Shown: positions 1 to 8,194, counted from the stretch's first letter. The stretch is 64,000 bases of DNA from a virus (IMGVR_UViG_3300033417_000006:4281-68280); one strand, 5' to 3'. Notes: generated from the sequence alone by a model not told the origin. A program made the numbers and translations.

Positions 1-16
1 CTGGGAGAGTCTTCAC

Positions 17-574
17 TTGGACATCATCATTCAGGCTCCGGTATTGAGCATTCCCAATGTCGGTCGGAGTGTCCTTGGCATTGGGCGCCCCGCACATCAT
101 GGTCCTCAGGCCGGGGCAAGATTCAAGGCGACCTTGCAACACCTGGAGAAACTCAATTATGACAGGTTTATCATCGGCGAATACGATTCGCTGCTGTTCC
201 AGGTGCCGGCGACGAAGAACGCTCTTGTTGGCCCCATGTTTTTCGACGGCGAACCAGGACCTGGATTCCAGAGCCACATCTTTGTTCATCCGCCATTCAT
301 GGTGACGAAATATATTTTGCATCAACTCAACGAGGCAATGCCGCGTGATGATGCCGAGAACGGTTTTTGGGATCGGCTATTGGGTCGAGCCATTGAAATT
401 TCTGGCGTGCCGACGGACGATCTTCTGGCCGATGGCAGGGCGTTCAGCAGGAACACCATTGAACCCAATGATTACTCGGGCCTGGACAAAGCCTTGGCCG
501 GCGGCGCCTTCGCGTTTCATGGAGTCAAAAGCAACGAGGTCTTATGGCGAATTCTCAACCGCAGAAAGGTATAA
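17..574 (+). CDS. Glycosyltransferase-like protein (GT-A-like), possibly 5'-truncated at window edge
   Basis: FIIGEYDS (DxD-like) and C-terminal FAFHGVK resemble fringe/GT31-type proteins; first gene of a coupled cluster. Confidence 0.4.
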   Translation: MDIIIQAPVLSIPNVGRSVLGIGRPAHHGPQAGARFKATLQHLEKLNYDRFIIGEYDSLLFQVPATKNALVGPMFFDGEPGPGFQSHIFVHPPFMVTKYILHQLNEAMPRDDAENGFWDRLLGRAIEISGVPTDDLLADGRAFSRNTIEPNDYSGLDKALAGGAFAFHGVKSNEVLWRILNRRKV

Positions 575-1254
575 TCAGTTACTCGCTGTATGGGAGCGAT
601 CATCGTTACACCCTGGGGGCCATAGCGAATGCAATTGCTGCCAAGCTGCATTATCCCGGCTGGCGCGCCGTGTTCTGGTGCGTTGACGTTCCCGAAAACA
701 TAATGAATGGCATCGAGGGTTTTGGCGGGATCATTCGAGATATTCCAAGGGGTGTTCCGCCAATGTTCGCCAGATTTATGGTTACCGACACCGATCCAGA
801 TTCACCGTTCATCATCAGGGATGCCGACAGCCGGTTGAGCCAAAGGGAAGCCGGCGCTGTTCGGGAATGGCTCGACTCTGATTTTGCGGCTCACGCCATG
901 ATAGATCATCCTGCTCATACTGGGCGGGCTTTGAATGGTGGCATGTGGGGATGCAAACCCGGTATTCTCGGCAACATGCTTGGATTGATCCAGGCATGGC
1001 AACGGCAACAGAAAGATAGACGATACAGCGGCCATGACGATGACCAGAATTTTCTTGCTGCTTTCGTTTGGCCAAGGATAAGTGGCAAGACCATGATTCA
1101 CACCTCGTTTTTGCCCCATGAATATCCGAACGCGCGATCGTTTCCAGGCAAACGCGATGGGCACAGGTTCGTTGGTGAAGTTTGGGTGTATGACGTGAAT
1201 GGGAATGAATATCCGAGAGACGACGATTGGCGGGCAATACCCATCGAGATGTAA
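544..1254 (+). CDS. Glycosyltransferase-like protein of a family common in phages and giant viruses
   Basis: Motifs IISYSLYG, YPGW, IIRDADSRLSQRE, DHPAH, GGMWG, DDQNFL. Confidence 0.6.
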   Translation: MANSQPQKGIISYSLYGSDHRYTLGAIANAIAAKLHYPGWRAVFWCVDVPENIMNGIEGFGGIIRDIPRGVPPMFARFMVTDTDPDSPFIIRDADSRLSQREAGAVREWLDSDFAAHAMIDHPAHTGRALNGGMWGCKPGILGNMLGLIQAWQRQQKDRRYSGHDDDQNFLAAFVWPRISGKTMIHTSFLPHEYPNARSFPGKRDGHRFVGEVWVYDVNGNEYPRDDDWRAIPIEM

Positions 1255-1925
1255 TGCACAATTTAATCATCAGACCACATTTGGGCCTGGGCGATATGCT
1301 CATCATCAATGCCATTGTGAGGGAGCGCGCCACGAAATACGATACGGTTAATCTGCTCTGTAAAGAGCACAATACGCCCTCCGTGGCATTTATGCTCCAC
1401 GATCTAGGCAATGTCTTTGTGAAACCGGTTACAGGCGATGATGAAGCCGATGAAGTTTTCAAGCGAACGATTAAAGGCAATTGGGAAGGGTTAAGGCTTG
1501 GTCAGGGCGGACCAGGAAATTTCAACTCGCAGATATTCGATCAGGAATTCTACAAACAGGCTGGGGTGCCATTTGACAAGCGTTGGCAGGATTTTGCTGT
1601 TGTGAGAAACGGCGCCACGGAAATCAAGGCGGCGGATCAGCCCTATGTGTTCATGCACGAAGATCAAAGCCGGGGTTACGCGATTTACAGAGGGAATCTC
1701 GATAACGTTTTCAGTGTTACGCCAGGCGTGACGGCCAGCATTTTCGATTATTATGGAATGCTATTGGGCGCCGATGAGATACATTGCATTGATTCATGCT
1801 TCTCGATTTTAGTGGATTCCATAGCGCAAGAGAAACTTGAAGCCAGGAGATTTGTGCTGCACAGATACGCGAGGCGCCCGACAGAGGTTCCGACATACAG
1901 ACTGCCGTGGGAGGTCTGGCAATAA
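1254..1925 (+). CDS. GT-B/GT9-like glycosyltransferase
   Basis: N-terminal HLGLGDMLIINAIVR and C-terminal ADEIHCIDSCF; ATG overlaps the upstream TAA (TAATG). Confidence 0.6.
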   Translation: MHNLIIRPHLGLGDMLIINAIVRERATKYDTVNLLCKEHNTPSVAFMLHDLGNVFVKPVTGDDEADEVFKRTIKGNWEGLRLGQGGPGNFNSQIFDQEFYKQAGVPFDKRWQDFAVVRNGATEIKAADQPYVFMHEDQSRGYAIYRGNLDNVFSVTPGVTASIFDYYGMLLGADEIHCIDSCFSILVDSIAQEKLEARRFVLHRYARRPTEVPTYRLPWEVWQ

Positions 1926-2551
1926 TGCAACTCGGATTTAACATGGCCGGCACGGAATCGGTATTCGAGGCCATGCTCGACAAAGCCATTATTGGAGCCA
2001 TGCATCCATGTTTTCTGTATCAAGAATTTGGAGTAGCAAAAGGCGACACGTTTTTCTCGGTGATCGACAAGCTAATGAGCGTTCGATTGGGGAAATGGGC
2101 AGCAGTGGGCAACGATATTTTAGGCGCAGCATACTTCGTTCCATCGGATTTCATCAAGCGAATCCCAAGCAAATGTTGGTATGGAATAGCTAAAAGAGAT
2201 TCCACTGCCATAGAAGTCATCGTGGCCTCGACAAATCCAGCAAACATTGAATGTTTGGTAAACTTCGCGCTTATAGATTCCTGCCACTGTTTAGATTGCG
2301 TGACGAAAACGTTTTGCGGATTGGAACCATTGACGAAACGCGGATGCATCGTGGCCTTCCACGATGCCTGTGAAGAGGATCAGGGCGGACATATTCAGCC
2401 GCATTCAGGACGCGGCATCGAGGTTCGCAAAGCCATTCAAGAATTAGGATTACTGTCTGGGGAACGACCGGGTTGGAAGTTTCTGGAAGAAGTGCGTGGC
2501 GACAAGAATAGGCAAGGGAACGGGTTCATGTTTTTTGAGCGGGCAATTTAA
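1925..2551 (+). CDS. Class I SAM-dependent methyltransferase (Methyltransf_24-like)
   Basis: EFGVAKGDT (motif I), FALIDSCH, IVAFHD; TAATG coupling. Confidence 0.7.
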   Translation: MQLGFNMAGTESVFEAMLDKAIIGAMHPCFLYQEFGVAKGDTFFSVIDKLMSVRLGKWAAVGNDILGAAYFVPSDFIKRIPSKCWYGIAKRDSTAIEVIVASTNPANIECLVNFALIDSCHCLDCVTKTFCGLEPLTKRGCIVAFHDACEEDQGGHIQPHSGRGIEVRKAIQELGLLSGERPGWKFLEEVRGDKNRQGNGFMFFERAI

Positions 2552-2759
2552 CTCTACACATTTTGATGATTTCCTTCTCTGTCAGACCGTGTTTTCTGGC
2601 CCTGCCGCATAGTTCTTTAACAGCCGATTGCAGGTCTGCTTTGTCGCCAAGTTTGTAAGCCCTGGTCTCGAACACACGATAACGTTTGCGACGGTTGACT
2701 GCATCAGGGATGTCGCGAAACTGGATTGCCAAGACTTCGTATTGATCGGATGCGGTCAT
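2526..2759 (-). CDS. Hypothetical protein
   Basis: ATGA overlap with the upstream stop at 2756-2759. Confidence 0.5.
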   Translation of the reverse strand: MTASDQYEVLAIQFRDIPDAVNRRKRYRVFETRAYKLGDKADLQSAVKELCGRARKHGLTEKEIIKMCRVKLPAQKT

Positions 2760-3868
2760 TCCCATTCCTCCACCAAGTTCTCAAACCACTCGGCCCTTTT
2801 CCTGCGCCACGTCGGGACGCCGCGTTGGAACCCGCGCAGGCCCCCGTTCCAAACCGCGTATTCCTCCCACGGCAACGGCTCGCGTTTCAGCACAGCCAGG
2901 AAACGGCGGCGATTGAGCGCCCTGATCTTGAGCGCAACGGGTTCGGCTTCGTAACGGTTTGCTGCGAGCTTAAACGGTTTCGTTGTGACTTCGCCCCAGG
3001 CAAGCTTCGTGATCTGGAACCGGGACAGTTCGCCGGCGGACCCCACGGCGCCGTCCCTGTTCCCGGACTCGATCTGCGCCAGGGCGTAGAGGAAAGCGGC
3101 GTCGGACACAGCTTGGACTTGGTTCGCGAACAGCATGACAGCGATTGCTATGACGGCGAGTTTAGGCTTCCAGACTCTTGCAATATACCGCGCAAGCTCG
3201 AATGGTATTTTGGCGATCATGGCGGCCGTGGCCTTGCGGGCGTTGATCTTGGATGATGTTCTGCCACTGATTGAGTCAGGATCAGCGAACCAAGCACGGC
3301 CTGATTTGTGTTGCTTTACGCCATCTCCCAGGCGGTGGTATTCCCGATCACTATACGTCCTTGGCCCGCAATGACATTGGAATTTCATGCGTCTTTTCGT
3401 GACAATCGGCATTAGCGCCGGCACGTCGCCAAACAAGTGATAACTTCCGTAGTTCCACCGAGATCGTCCAACCCACGGTTGTGCCCCTCGTACATTTTCT
3501 ATGACGATCGGGCACTCGGCTTCCCGGCCAATACGAACGCAGGCGTCAAATAATGCATTAAGTTCAGCGATGCGTTCAGGGTGCGCGGAATCACGATACC
3601 AAGCCGCCAGAGCCTTGGCTCGCGTCCAAGGCATCGCCATGTAAGAATATTTTTGACAAGGAGGCGAGGCAACGATTAGTTGGACTTTTCCGCGAAATTG
3701 TCTGCCGTCAATGGTGCGAATATCTTGCAAGACGAGTTGTGCAGGGTAGCGATCTTCGCCATAGACGTGCTGTTCTATATCGAATCCGACTACATTCCAA
3801 CCCTCGGCCAATAAACCGTGCGACCATCCACCCAAACCGCAGCACAAATCTACCGCTAGCGGTTTCAT
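2756..3868 (-). CDS. C5-cytosine DNA methyltransferase fused in frame to a signal-peptide-like segment and a lysozyme/lytic-transglycosylase-like domain
   Basis: DLCCGLGG (I), SPPCQ (IV), IENV (VI), AKIPFELA; then KLAVIAIAVMLFANQVQA and ALAQIESGNRDGAVGSAGELSRFQIT; ATGA start at 3868. Confidence 0.8.
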   Translation of the reverse strand: MKPLAVDLCCGLGGWSHGLLAEGWNVVGFDIEQHVYGEDRYPAQLVLQDIRTIDGRQFRGKVQLIVASPPCQKYSYMAMPWTRAKALAAWYRDSAHPERIAELNALFDACVRIGREAECPIVIENVRGAQPWVGRSRWNYGSYHLFGDVPALMPIVTKRRMKFQCHCGPRTYSDREYHRLGDGVKQHKSGRAWFADPDSISGRTSSKINARKATAAMIAKIPFELARYIARVWKPKLAVIAIAVMLFANQVQAVSDAAFLYALAQIESGNRDGAVGSAGELSRFQITKLAWGEVTTKPFKLAANRYEAEPVALKIRALNRRRFLAVLKREPLPWEEYAVWNGGLRGFQRGVPTWRRKRAEWFENLVEEWE

Positions 3869-4119
3869 GTGACGCTCCCCCATTTCAAACCGTTGGCAAT
3901 CTTCCATATCGCCGTGAACGAAACGCCAAACAATTTTGCGATTGATCGTTGTGTCGTACCATTAGCAAGTCTGTTGCGGGCCTCGCGCACTTGATCAATC
4001 GTAAGTTTGGCTCCTGGATTAGAAGTCCCGACATTCTGCGATTTACCAATTTTGGAAGCGGATAGTTTTGTCCGAGTCGCAAGGCTGCGTGGTTTTCCTG
4101 TAAGGAATTTAGTCATCAT
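3865..4119 (-). CDS. Small HTH protein resembling the DNA-binding tail of HNH homing endonucleases
   Basis: NPGAKLTIDQVRE...TQRSIAKLFGVSFTAIWKIANGLKW; no nuclease motif. Confidence 0.6.
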   Translation of the reverse strand: MMTKFLTGKPRSLATRTKLSASKIGKSQNVGTSNPGAKLTIDQVREARNRLANGTTQRSIAKLFGVSFTAIWKIANGLKWGSVT

Positions 4120-4310
4120 ACTTTTTTTGCCAGTCGTTGTCTGATAACCTCGACGGCCTCCTCGCGCGAATCCGCCACGAATGGCGGTACGACCTCAACT
4201 ACGAAATCGTTTCCGTAGCAGTCCTCGGTATAGTCTTTGTGATCGCCAAACCACCGCTTCACTTGGATGCTTCCATTTTGATGCAGGTATCCCCACCACA
4301 TTATGTTCAT
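4116..4310 (-). CDS. Hypothetical phage protein
   Basis: SD-like AAAGGAA upstream; stop overlaps next start. Confidence 0.55.
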   Translation of the reverse strand: MNIMWWGYLHQNGSIQVKRWFGDHKDYTEDCYGNDFVVEVVPPFVADSREEAVEVIRQRLAKKV

Positions 4311-4314
4311 AGTT

Positions 4315-4572
4315 TCATTCCTTTCTCTCCGAGTTTGGCCCGGTTGCGCCATCAAGCATGTAAATGCGGATCAGCGTCGCTGAGGCATACCTGCGTTTAA
4401 CCGCAGCTTCCCAATCGGCGACCTTCCAGTATTCCACAATGGAACACATCGTCACTATTTTCCATTCCTTGTGGCTGGTCCCGGCGTAGGCGAGCACTAA
4501 TACTTCCGGGCAAGGCTTAACTTGGCTAGTCATCCATTTTTCTTGTTCGAGCGTCATTGTTGCAATCATCAT
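4315..4572 (-). CDS. Hypothetical phage protein
   Basis: Open frame in a tightly packed array; ends in the GPNSERKE repeat. Confidence 0.5.
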   Translation of the reverse strand: MMIATMTLEQEKWMTSQVKPCPEVLVLAYAGTSHKEWKIVTMCSIVEYWKVADWEAAVKRRYASATLIRIYMLDGATGPNSERKE

Positions 4573-4576
4573 ACTT

Positions 4577-5080
4577 TCATGCCTTTCGCATCCCCATTAC
4601 CACGCCGCGCCCGCCCTCGAACGTGAACGGAATAACAGTGCCATAATCCGTACTTACATCCCACCAAACGTTCGGTAGCAGCGCAAGCTTCTCCAAGTAA
4701 ATCGAAAAGACCTTGTGATTACCGCAGTCCGTTCCGAATGCAGATTCAATTTTGCCTGTCCCATCGCACAGATGGCACGACAGGCGCGGACCCTTATGCG
4801 GATGCACGCAGTCACAGTCCGCCCATTTTGTTTTTTGGAAATCCGCAGGTGGCCGCGTCGGGTCTCGGAAGTTCTCGTGTGCATCCGAGATTATTTTCCT
4901 GGCACTTTCACCAAATTTTGAGCGTGTGATTTTCTTGCCAGCGCCTGGAATCTCAAGCGCGATTCGCCCGTCCGTGGCATAGAGACTACCGCCGTAGTGG
5001 ATCGGTTGCATGATTTGAGGTCGCGACTCATCCACGGACACGAATTGCATAATGTCGAATGATAATTCAGTTTTGGTCAT
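4577..5080 (-). CDS. Hypothetical protein with a zinc-ribbon insert
   Basis: YATDGRIAL N-terminus; CDC...CHLCDGTG; start after the junction repeat. Confidence 0.55.
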   Translation of the reverse strand: MTKTELSFDIMQFVSVDESRPQIMQPIHYGGSLYATDGRIALEIPGAGKKITRSKFGESARKIISDAHENFRDPTRPPADFQKTKWADCDCVHPHKGPRLSCHLCDGTGKIESAFGTDCGNHKVFSIYLEKLALLPNVWWDVSTDYGTVIPFTFEGGRGVVMGMRKA

Positions 5081-5081
5081 T

Positions 5082-5279
5082 TCATTCCTTTCTCTCCGAG
5101 TTTGGCCCACCTTCGCTGTTCGGCGAACGTGGTTCGCTGTAGAACGAATGCCCGCATTTGCAGGTGTAGCCTTGGACCGCTTCCGGACCTTCAAGACCCT
5201 CAAGCTCAAGCGTAGTCGGAATCGTAGCGGATGGACAACCGCAGGGCATCGACGGTTCGTTTAGTTTCGCTTCACTCAT
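5082..5279 (-). CDS. Small zinc-ribbon protein
   Basis: CGCP...TCKCGH; ends SPNSEGGPNSERKE. Confidence 0.5.
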   Translation of the reverse strand: MSEAKLNEPSMPCGCPSATIPTTLELEGLEGPEAVQGYTCKCGHSFYSEPRSPNSEGGPNSERKE

Positions 5280-5578
5280 TTCGTTTCCTTTCCTTGCGAG
5301 TTTGGCCCAACTTCGCTGTTCGGCGACTCGCTCTTAGGTTTGCTCGGATGTCCGGGGCATCCGTCCACATCGCTCCATCCTTCGCACTTCTTGCCCATTG
5401 GCAGCACCCGCTTACCTTGGACAAGTTGGAGTTTCAGCCAGTCTCTCACCACCTTGCCGGATTTCTCGTGAGCGCCATCGGTTGTGAACAGCCGCCGCAG
5501 TTCCCTGTCAGTCCGGCGGAGCGCACCTTTGATGTCCACGCACATGTGATGAGTTGACCATTTAGGTTCTTCACTCAT
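5276..5578 (-). CDS. Hypothetical phage protein
   Basis: CEGWSDVDGCPGH motif; coupled start and stop. Confidence 0.55.
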   Translation of the reverse strand: MSEEPKWSTHHMCVDIKGALRRTDRELRRLFTTDGAHEKSGKVVRDWLKLQLVQGKRVLPMGKKCEGWSDVDGCPGHPSKPKSESPNSEVGPNSQGKETK

Positions 5579-5763
5579 TTCGTTTCCTTCTCCAACCCTT
5601 CGCGCAGGTTGCGTATGATGCGCTCGGCCAGATCGTAAACATCGTTGCGCAGTTCGTCGGCCAATGATCGGCTCTTGAGCGCGGGTTCCCAATGCTTAAC
5701 GTGCGCGTCGATCAGTTCCGAGATTCGTCGTGTGCCGGGTGTTATTGGAGTGCCGTTTGTCAT
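5575..5763 (-). CDS. Hypothetical protein
   Basis: ATGA-coupled on both sides. Confidence 0.5.
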   Translation of the reverse strand: MTNGTPITPGTRRISELIDAHVKHWEPALKSRSLADELRNDVYDLAERIIRNLREGLEKETK

Positions 5764-7028
5764 GTTTCAATAGCGGGCGCGTACTGTTCCGCGTCGAGAT
5801 TAAATGTCCACGCTACGGCTTGTCTAGCAGTCCGCATCCCAGGCGGGACTCGCAAAACATAATTTTTGAACGAGCCATCTGGTTCTGGTGTACTATTGAT
5901 AACCTCGACGAAACACACATCCTCTCGACCGTCTGGGAAGTGGCGCCGGAATAGTGCCCCGAAATCGTCAGAGTGAATCAGTGTCGATCCACTTTCTTTA
6001 ATCCATCGCTGGCGTCCAAACTTCTCAATCATCACCCTGCGAATTTCAGCATTGTTTTCGCTGTCGATGTTCGCGACGCTAATTTCGACGGGACGCTCCA
6101 CGATCCATGACGGTAGCCGAACTCCATGTGAAGCGTAAATTGACCAACCGTCCGGGTATTGGACGGCGGGGCCAGTCTCACAATGCAGTCTGCCCTGGTC
6201 GTCTCGTTTTAACGTGGTATGCCGCTCAGCAACCCAACATATTTTTTCGTGTAGCAACCACCAACCAGCGGACTGCGCGACACGAAGAATGCCACAGAGC
6301 TTGTTAGTTTCTGTATCGAGCGCCGCCGCGACTCTGAAAAAATCATAAAAGGACAACCAGCCGGCATCATGTTGCCCACACACGCTGGCCCACACGCTGT
6401 CCCACACGCTGTCCCTCACGCTGTCCCTCACGCTGGCCCACACGCTGTCCCTCACGCTGTCCCCCACGCTGTCCCTCACGCTGTCCCTCACGCTGGCCCC
6501 CACGCTGTCCCTCACGCTGGCCCACACGCTGTCCCCCACGCTGGCCATCACGCTGTCCCCCACGCTGTCCCTCACGCTGGCCCACACGCTGTCCCTCACG
6601 CTGGCCCACACGCTGTCCCTCACGCTGTCCCTCACGCTGGCCCCCACGCTGGCCATCACGCTGTCCCACACGCTGTCCCTCACGCTGGCCATCACGCTGT
6701 CCCCCACGCTGTCCCACACGCTGGCCATCACGCTGGCCCACACGCTGTCCATCACGCTGGCCCCCACGCTGGCCCTCACGCTGGCCGCGATCTGTAGGCC
6801 TGACTTTTCCAAGTTGAATACTAAGGCCCTGGTGAGTCCTTGCGCCAACGGGGAACCACACCAGACGATCATCGGTTTCTCCAAACCTGCAACATGGTAG
6901 GCTTCGGTAATACCAATTTCTGCTTCCCGTCGGTTAGCAGGCTCGGTCGATAGTCCAATCTGCGTCCATTTCTGGACGAACTCTGGAAATCTGGCGATCT
7001 GTTCTTTTGTAAGCGATTTAATTTTCAT
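5760..7028 (-). CDS. DUF6745-like phage protein with a tetrapeptide repeat
   Basis: (W/R/G/M)(A/D)SV repeats, then GQHDAGWLSFYDFF, LHCETGPAVQYPDGW, NAEIRRVMIE, VINSTPEPDGS, YVLRVPP. Confidence 0.8.
   Translation of the reverse strand: MKIKSLTKEQIARFPEFVQKWTQIGLSTEPANRREAEIGITEAYHVAGLEKPMIVWCGSPLAQGLTRALVFNLEKSGLQIAASVRASVGASVMDSVWASVMASVWDSVGDSVMASVRDSVWDSVMASVGASVRDSVRDSVWASVRDSVWASVRDSVGDSVMASVGDSVWASVRDSVGASVRDSVRDSVGDSVRDSVWASVRDSVRDSVWDSVWASVCGQHDAGWLSFYDFFRVAAALDTETNKLCGILRVAQSAGWWLLHEKICWVAERHTTLKRDDQGRLHCETGPAVQYPDGWSIYASHGVRLPSWIVERPVEISVANIDSENNAEIRRVMIEKFGRQRWIKESGSTLIHSDDFGALFRRHFPDGREDVCFVEVINSTPEPDGSFKNYVLRVPPGMRTARQAVAWTFNLDAEQYAPAIET
6381..6788. repeat. Tandem array of 34 x 12-bp units inside the DUF6745-like gene
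   Basis: Unit cacgctg(g/t)cc(ca/ct/cc/at) repeated contiguously. Confidence 0.95.
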
Positions 7029-7030
7029 AG

Positions 7031-7333
7031 TCAGTCCCGAACATTTCGCGGGGCTTCCTCCGCGTATTCACGTTGTCTCACCACCCGGTATATTCCGGGT
7101 TCCAACTCGATTTTCGCGTGTTCCTGGTGCGTGAGCATTGCCATCGCCTCACGCACCTCGAAAACGGTTGCAAGACCATCAACACTGTGCGTCGCTAGAT
7201 TGCCGATTAGTGTATGGGCATGCCCAGTAGCCTCGCCTCGTGCCAGAATGGCTTTTTGGTTTTGTTGCAGTTTGGCTCCATCGGGGATTGCATCAATCCT
7301 CTCGATGAGCACGTCACCTTGTCTTATTTGCAT
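7031..7333 (-). CDS. Small partner of DUF6745-like proteins (RQGDV family)
   Basis: IRQGDVL...GEATGHAH...HQEH...PGIYRVVRQREY; directly upstream of the DUF6745-like gene. Confidence 0.7.
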   Translation of the reverse strand: MQIRQGDVLIERIDAIPDGAKLQQNQKAILARGEATGHAHTLIGNLATHSVDGLATVFEVREAMAMLTHQEHAKIELEPGIYRVVRQREYAEEAPRNVRD

Positions 7334-7370
7334 GGGTACCTTTCTTTTTTGTTTATGGTTTGTTTGTCGC

Positions 7371-7724
7371 TCATGGTTTCCTTTCCAAGGTTATCTCCGT
7401 TCTTTCCTCGCCTCTCGTCGCGACTTTGACTTGCTGGACCGCGTATTCGGTGACGATGGCCGGGTTATCGTCGGGAATGACACCGGCGTACCGCAATCCG
7501 TCAACGTGGAATTTCCCGGCCAAATTGTCGATGTCGCATAATCGCCGCCGATAGCTGACAACGACAATCCGATAGCGCGGTGAATTCGATCTCGGAGTCG
7601 CTTTCGTTCCCAGTGGTTCATCGCGAACAGCCGGTTGAGGCTCGGCACGGGTTCCCGTACGATGATCCTTAAGCATCCGCCTTGAGATATAAGCTTGGTA
7701 ATCATGAACGCTCCAGCGTGGCAT
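7371..7724 (-). CDS. rusA: RusA-like Holliday junction resolvase, catalytic C-terminal half
   Basis: RRRLCDIDNLAGKFHVDGLRYAGVIPDD; GGAGG SD and TGATG coupling at 7724. Confidence 0.75.
   Translation of the reverse strand: MPRWSVHDYQAYISRRMLKDHRTGTRAEPQPAVRDEPLGTKATPRSNSPRYRIVVVSYRRRLCDIDNLAGKFHVDGLRYAGVIPDDNPAIVTEYAVQQVKVATRGEERTEITLERKP
7391..7705 (-). CDS. Overlapping ORF carrying a RusA-like N-terminal half
   Basis: LRIIVREPVPSLNRLFAMNHWERKRLRDRIHRAI resembles the RusA N-terminus; GGAG upstream of its ATG. Confidence 0.5.
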   Translation of the reverse strand: MITKLISQGGCLRIIVREPVPSLNRLFAMNHWERKRLRDRIHRAIGLSLSAIGGDYATSTIWPGNSTLTDCGTPVSFPTITRPSSPNTRSSKSKSRREARKERR

Positions 7725-8194
7725 CAATCCTCCAGTTTGATCTCGCGAATCCAGTGCTTGACCGCCAGCAATGACGAGCCGCACGGCACGCCACCAGCAC
7801 AAATAGTATCACCGCTAGGCGATATGCATACGACAGTGGTTAAGTTACCATGGGTGGTTGAAACTTCCACAACCCACCAACTGCCGGGCTTCAGTTTGAA
7901 CTCTGACTTGGGTCTGGGCGGAATAGATAGCCAATAGGTGAAACAACTCTCCTTTGTAACCAACGTGTATTGGACTGACTTGACATAATGTCCGTTGCGG
8001 TCGTGATAATTTAAGCCCAGCACACAGCCACAATAATCGGCTTCCACGGCAGTTGGCAACCTCTCTGCCGTGGGAATCCATTGCGACGGTTGCAACAGTT
8101 CTCGTGCTTTTTGTGCTACGTCTAGCCATGCGTAACCACTTCTCGAACAAGTGTAAATATCATTTAGCTTATATGCTAATTCCTGGTCATTCAT
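7724..8194 (-). CDS. DUF551-like phage protein
   Basis: QWIPTAERLP...FTYWLSIPPRP. Confidence 0.55.
   Translation of the reverse strand: MNDQELAYKLNDIYTCSRSGYAWLDVAQKARELLQPSQWIPTAERLPTAVEADYCGCVLGLNYHDRNGHYVKSVQYTLVTKESCFTYWLSIPPRPKSEFKLKPGSWWVVEVSTTHGNLTTVVCISPSGDTICAGGVPCGSSLLAVKHWIREIKLED

Larger units (their letters stand above)
4313..5589. repeat. Dispersed gene-junction repeats (29 bp, 30 bp and 20 bp pairs)
   Basis: 4313-4341 = 5080-5108 (29/29); 5097-5126 vs 5297-5326 (29/30); 5271-5290 = 5570-5589 (20/20). Confidence 0.9.

Noticed and set aside
4313-5326. Junction repeats as integron attC sites
   Set aside because: No paired RYYYAAC/GTTRRRY boxes with a long hairpin, and no integron integrase in the window
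6381-6788. CRISPR array or DGR variable region
   Set aside because: Units are contiguous 12-mers with no unique spacers; no cas or reverse transcriptase gene; variation is not confined to adenines
6367-6861. Repetitive ORFs on other frames (PHAV and GQRE repeats; 6369-6797 +, 6367-6861 -)
   Set aside because: Shadows of the 12-bp array; only the xxSV frame joins conserved flanking domains
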